DNA of 41,267 nucleotides from Nanobdellati archaeon (GTDB lineage Archaea; B1Sed10-29; JAGVWA01): NCBI GenBank assembly GCA_018304505.1, contig JAGVWA010000013.1, positions 1 to 41,267 of the forward strand, read 5' to 3'. Shown piece by piece: positions 37,080 to 41,267 of this stretch (position 1 is its first letter; each line of letters starts with the position of its first letter). The notes under the pieces were generated by a model. It saw only the letters and a program-made list of their open reading frames with translations, ran no database searches and was not told where the DNA came from. The position numbers and the translations under genes were made by a program.

Positions 37080-37762
37080 ATTCTTATCAGACTCACTAAC
37101 CTTTTCTTTATTCGCTTTTTCTTGTCAATGCCGCGCTCTTCGAATGTGTCCTTCGATTCGACGTTGTATCTCCTCTTTATGTCATCCAAAAGCGCCTTCG
37201 CGACTTCCTTGAAACTGAAATAATAATCGATTCCATTGCGGGTTTTCTTGTCCCAGTAATTCCCGACTTCGTGGTAATCCATGTTCTCCAATGACCTTGT
37301 TAAGAAATCGTGGATCCTGTCGAACTTCACAGCGTCATGGTCCTTGGCTTTCCTCAATTGAATTTGGAATTCATAGTACCGATCGCTCAGACGCCTGCAG
37401 TTATCGCACATCATGCCCTTGAATTCTAGCTTCACGTTGAACTTTTCCTCAATCAGCTTCCTCTGCTTTCCAGCAACGCCCTTGACCGTGACACTGGCAA
37501 CAGTGTCCTCTGGCATATCGATTTCTACCCTTGAGTTTTTCAGGCTGGTTCTGAGCTTGCGGGTTATCATGCCATGCAGCTCGCTAAACGTGGGCTTGAC
37601 CATCTTCTTGTCAATAAGCCACCTATTGCAGTGACTGCATCGAGTGATCTTGATTTTTCCCGGAACTTCAGTGAATGAATGCATCTCGCTATAACAGTCT
37701 ACGCAGAACTTGTCAACGAATTCAACGTTCTCCCTTCCGCACTTTGGGCAAAATCTCGCCAT
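37076..37762 (-). CDS. nmd3: NMD3-related ribosome biogenesis protein (short archaeal form)
   Basis: FCPKCG, FCVDCY, CSHC, CDNCRR...YYEFQIQLR, NGID.Y. Confidence 0.9.
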   Translation of the reverse strand: MARFCPKCGRENVEFVDKFCVDCYSEMHSFTEVPGKIKITRCSHCNRWLIDKKMVKPTFSELHGMITRKLRTSLKNSRVEIDMPEDTVASVTVKGVAGKQRKLIEEKFNVKLEFKGMMCDNCRRLSDRYYEFQIQLRKAKDHDAVKFDRIHDFLTRSLENMDYHEVGNYWDKKTRNGIDYYFSFKEVAKALLDDIKRRYNVESKDTFEERGIDKKKRIKKRLVSLIRI

Positions 37763-37876
37763 TTTTCATTAACTCCAAGCACAAATTTACCATAATTCAC
37801 AGGTTTTGAGCATACCATAATATATATGACCACTACATTATTAAGCATAAGTAATACCCAAAAAGGAGGATTTATT

Positions 37877-38026
37877 ATGGATGCAGAAGGATACTGCGTA
37901 AAATGCAAGGCAAAAAGAACTATGTCTAACGCTAAAGAGGTTACAATGAAGAACGGCCGCAAGGCGCTCAAAGGCGTTTGCAGCAAATGCGGCACAGGTA
38001 TGTACAAAATCCTAGGCATGAAGTAA
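37877..38026 (+). CDS. Small basic Zn-ribbon protein (DUF5679-like)
   Basis: YCVKCK.KR.M.....VTMKNGRKALKG.C..CGT.MYKI; strong AGGAGG RBS at 37864-37869. Confidence 0.85.
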   Translation: MDAEGYCVKCKAKRTMSNAKEVTMKNGRKALKGVCSKCGTGMYKILGMK

Positions 38027-38056
38027 AGGCTCCATGCCGACTTCTTTTTTTCTTTA
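38015..38056 (+). terminator. Hairpin plus T-tract terminator after the Zn-ribbon gene
   Basis: ggcatg...catgcc followed by cttctttttttcttt. Confidence 0.55.
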
Positions 38057-38106
38057 TAAAACCATACTAGATACTTTTATATTCAATGTTTTCCTAAAGC
38101 ATAGTT

Positions 38107-38736
38107 ATGATTCTATCAGACCGCGACTTAAAGGAACGACTGGCAAAGGGGGACCTCGTTTTCAAGCCCCTTGAAGATCCTGAGCACACGATAAGCCCCG
38201 CGTCAATTGATTTCAGGTTAGGGGATAGGTTTACGGTCTTCAAGGCAAGTGAAAAGTCACTCATTGACCCAATGGACTACGACGACAAGTTCAGGGAGGA
38301 GTTCCAACTCGCTAGCGGCAGAAAAATGATCAGGCACGATTACACAGACGTGTTCGAAGGAGGCAACGAGCCATTCATGGTTCATCCTGGCGACTTCGTG
38401 CTAGGCAAGGTACACGAATACCTCGAGATTCCTGCAGACCTCGCTTGCACTGTTAATGGGCGCTCAAGCCTCGGCCGCATTGGGCTCATTATCCACAGCA
38501 CCGCAGGCTGGGTAGACCCGGGCTTCAGGGGTCACATCACCTTAGAGATTACGAACATCGGTAGGCTCCCGATCAAACTCTATCCCGGCATGCGCGTAGG
38601 CCAGTTTGTCTTCCATCAACTCAATTCGCCATCAGAAAAGCCGTACAACGTTCGGGAGCAGTCGAAGTACCGTGATGAGCAAGGCGCAACGCAGTCCCGC
38701 CTAGGAATGGACAAAGAGCTCCAGAAACAGCAATAA
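38107..38736 (+). CDS. dcd: dCTP deaminase
   Basis: MILSDRD, PASIDFRLG, PGDFVLG, GRSSLGRIGL..H.TAGWVDPGFRGHITLEI.N, LYPGMRVGQ. Confidence 0.96.
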   Translation: MILSDRDLKERLAKGDLVFKPLEDPEHTISPASIDFRLGDRFTVFKASEKSLIDPMDYDDKFREEFQLASGRKMIRHDYTDVFEGGNEPFMVHPGDFVLGKVHEYLEIPADLACTVNGRSSLGRIGLIIHSTAGWVDPGFRGHITLEITNIGRLPIKLYPGMRVGQFVFHQLNSPSEKPYNVREQSKYRDEQGATQSRLGMDKELQKQQ

Positions 38737-38790
38737 AAGATAGCCCGGATTCTATAAAAACCTTAAATACTCCAAAGCAATAACTTAACA

Positions 38791-41267
38791 ATGGGCAATA
38801 TTTCTGCAGCCCGGGCGGCAAGAACAAAAAAGAAAGCGGAAGCAAAGCTAAACCAAGAACTGGAAACCAGGCGCAGAGCGACACTGGCGAGACTACAAGC
38901 ACTTCAAAAACAAGCACAAGCCCAGCAAATCAAGCTCGGCGCACTCAAAAAACTAGCGCTAACCCGACGCATCAAACAACTACAAAGAGAACGCGCAACG
39001 CCGCGAACCATCTTACAAGCAGAAAAAGCCGAACCGCGACTAGCAAAAGCAGCAAAGCCAGCATCAAGACCAATGCCTAAGCCCGGGGCACTAAGGACAG
39101 TAGCCAAACCTCCACAAACAACAAGATCAAGGACAATCGCCCCTGTAGCCAAGCCAGCGCCAACAGCAACCCGACCTGCCGCAAGGCCAACCATTCCAAT
39201 AGCAATAAAACCAAGACACCCACCTACAAGACTAACACGATTTCTTAGAAAGGCAAAACCCCCACAACTCACCACTAGAACAACACCAAGCGCGGCAAGA
39301 CCACTACTCCTACGGATGGGAAGGGTTCCGCTGCGCCTCGACACACGAGCAGAATTAACGTTAGTGCCCGGGCGCGCGCAAGAAAAGACAGCTGAAAGGG
39401 AAGCGGCTGAAACCGCGAAGAAGATAAGAGAAAGACAAGAAGCAGAAAAAGCCTTAGACAAACTACTCGCAAAAGCAGAAGTCGAACTAAAGCCAGAATA
39501 CAGACGAGCCCTCGCCAGCAAAAAAGTAATCGACTTCATCCAACAACTCGGAAAAGACGCGGCAAAAGCATACTTCGACGCAATCGTACAACACGGAACA
39601 GAAAAACTAACCACCCCAGAATTAATGGACTTCGCCAAACAACTCGGACCAAATGCGGCAGGGGCATACTTCTACGCAATCGCAGAACGCCCAACAACTC
39701 CCATCAGACACTGCATGGCGATACTTCTCCGCAATCGCACGACACGGAACAGAAAAACTCGCCAGCAAAGAAGTCCTAACCACAGAAGTAGCAAAATTCA
39801 CCCAACAACTCCCAGAGACCATTGCATGGCAATACTTCAACGCAATCGCAAAACACGGAACAAAAAAACTAACCACCAAAGAAGTCATGGACTTCGCACA
39901 ACAACTCCCACCAAACACTGCAGAACAATACTTCAACGCAATCGCAAAACACGGAACAGAAAAACTAACCACCCCAGAATTAATGGACTTCGCCAAACAA
40001 CTCGGACCAAATGCGGCAGGGGCATACTTCTACGCAATCGCAGAACGGACCAAACGCGGCACGGCAATACTTCAAAGCAATCACACAACACGGAACAAAA
40101 AAACTAACCACCAAAGAATTCATGAACTTCGCCCAACAACTCCCAACAAACACTGCACGGCACTACTTCAACGCAATCGCAAAACACGGAACAAAAAAAC
40201 TCGCCAGCAAAGAAATCATGAACTTCGCACAACAACTCCCACCAGACACTGCACGGCACTACTTCAACGCAATCGCAAAACACGGAACAAAAAAACTCAC
40301 CACCAAAGAAGTTCTAACCACAGAAGTAGCAAAATTCACCCAACAACTCGGACCAAACGCGGCAGGGCACTACTTCAAAGCAATCACACAACACGGAACA
40401 AAAAAACTAACCACCAAAGAATTCATGAACTTCGCACAACAACTCCCAACAAACACTGCACGGCACTACTTCAAAGCAATCACACAACACGGAACAGAAC
40501 AACTAACAACCAAAAAAGTAATCGACTTCATCCAACAACTCCCACCAGACACTGCATCGCGATACTTCAACGCAATCATAGAACGCGGACCAGAAAAACT
40601 AACCACCAAAGAAGTCATGAACTTCGCACAACAACTCACAACAGACACTGCAGGGGAATACTTCGACGCAATCGCACGACACGGAACAGAAAAACTCGCC
40701 AGCAAAGAAGTCCTAACCACAGAAGTAGCAAAATTCACCCAACAACTCCCACCAAACACTGCATGGGCATGGTATTACTTCAGAGCAATCGCACAACACG
40801 GACCAGAAAAACTCGCCAGCAAAGAAGTCCTAACCACAGAAGTAGCAAAATTCACCCAACAACTCCCACCAAACACTGCACGGCAATACTTCGACGCAAT
40901 CGTACAACACGGAACAGAAAAACTAACCACCCCAGAATTAATGGACTTCGCCAAACAACTCGGACCAAATGCGGCATGGCAATACTTCTACGCAATCGCA
41001 GAACACGGAACAGAAAAACTAACAACACGAGAAGTCATGGACTTCGCACAACAACTCCCATCAGACACTGCATGGCGATACTTCAACGCAATCGCAGAAC
41101 ACGGAGTGGAGCGACTAGTAAGCAAAGGATTTGTTACTGGCGTTGGTCGTGTTTTTGATGGCTTTGTAACGACAGAAGCCATGAGAAGCACATTTATGGA
41201 TAATTTACTCACCATTGATGACAGGATTTCTGAACGAGTCATGAGCCAAACCGAAAGCGCCAGCAGA
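38791..41267 (+). CDS. Basic N-terminal region plus tandem 32/37-aa alpha-helical repeat protein; two apparent +1 frameshifts (after 39688 and 40046); 3'-truncated by the window end
   Basis: The repeat translation continues in frame 38791-39688, 39689-40046 and 40047-41267 (last frame open to the end, absent from the ORF track); CTTAAA 29 nt before the ATG. Confidence 0.8.
39508..41106 (+). repeat. Coding tandem array, units of 96 or 111 bp (one of 117 bp), 17 YFxAI cores
   Basis: Consensus HGT(E/K)KL(T/A)(T/S)KE[VLTTE](V/F/L)(M/A)xF(A/T)QQL(P/G)xx(T/A)AxxYFxAI(A/T)x. Confidence 0.95.

Noticed and set aside
39508-41106. CRISPR array
   Set aside because: Units are 96/111 bp, in multiples of 3, similar along their whole length and protein-coding. 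There are no unique spacers or cas genes.
39508-41106. Diversity-generating retroelement TR/VR
   Set aside because: Some variants (aac to gac/tac/tcc) fit adenine mutagenesis, but others (aaa, aga, cgg/tgg/ggg) do not. No reverse transcriptase or non-coding template is in the window.
39653-41158. 501-aa ORF (and the tail of 38791-40107) as real Arg/His/Asn/Thr-rich proteins
   Set aside because: Only 39689-40046 of this frame encodes the repeat. The rest is an out-of-frame reading that stays open because the strand is T-poor.

Overview
Chromosomal segment of an archaeon, most likely a small-genome DPANN-type lineage. This is inferred from archaeal TrpRS, EndA, Dph5, NMD3, DUF357, two geranylgeranyl-reductase paralogues, TATA-box promoters, GGTGA/GGAGG ribosome-binding sites and the surface-protein styles. 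From left to right: (i) a glycan/lipid-carrier cluster (GT4, asnB-like amidotransferase, short GGR, uppS); (ii) an ~18.6 kb type IV pilus/adhesion locus (ATPase, two TadC/T2SSF platforms, 4-5 pilin-like genes, LamG proteins with nested domain insertions, a PGF-pre-PGF/CARDB anchored protein and a 2386-aa cadherin-like adhesin); (iii) translation housekeeping genes; (iv) an ~2000-aa secreted Cys/Asn-rich repeat protein; (v) small regulators, an orphan RHH antitoxin-like gene facing a structured or degraded PIN-like element, NMD3, a small basic Zn-ribbon protein and dcd; (vi) a window-truncated gene with a very basic N-terminus and at least 17 near-identical 32/37-aa helical repeats whose variation is concentrated at i, i+1, i+4. 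The last is the best candidate for an undescribed modular binding system. All three apparent frameshifts, plus one in-frame deletion, in the two repeat genes come straight after exactly 100-bp identical tracts and are probably assembly artefacts. No CRISPR, rRNA, tRNA, transposase or reverse transcriptase was recognised. All family calls come from motif recognition by eye, not from database searches.
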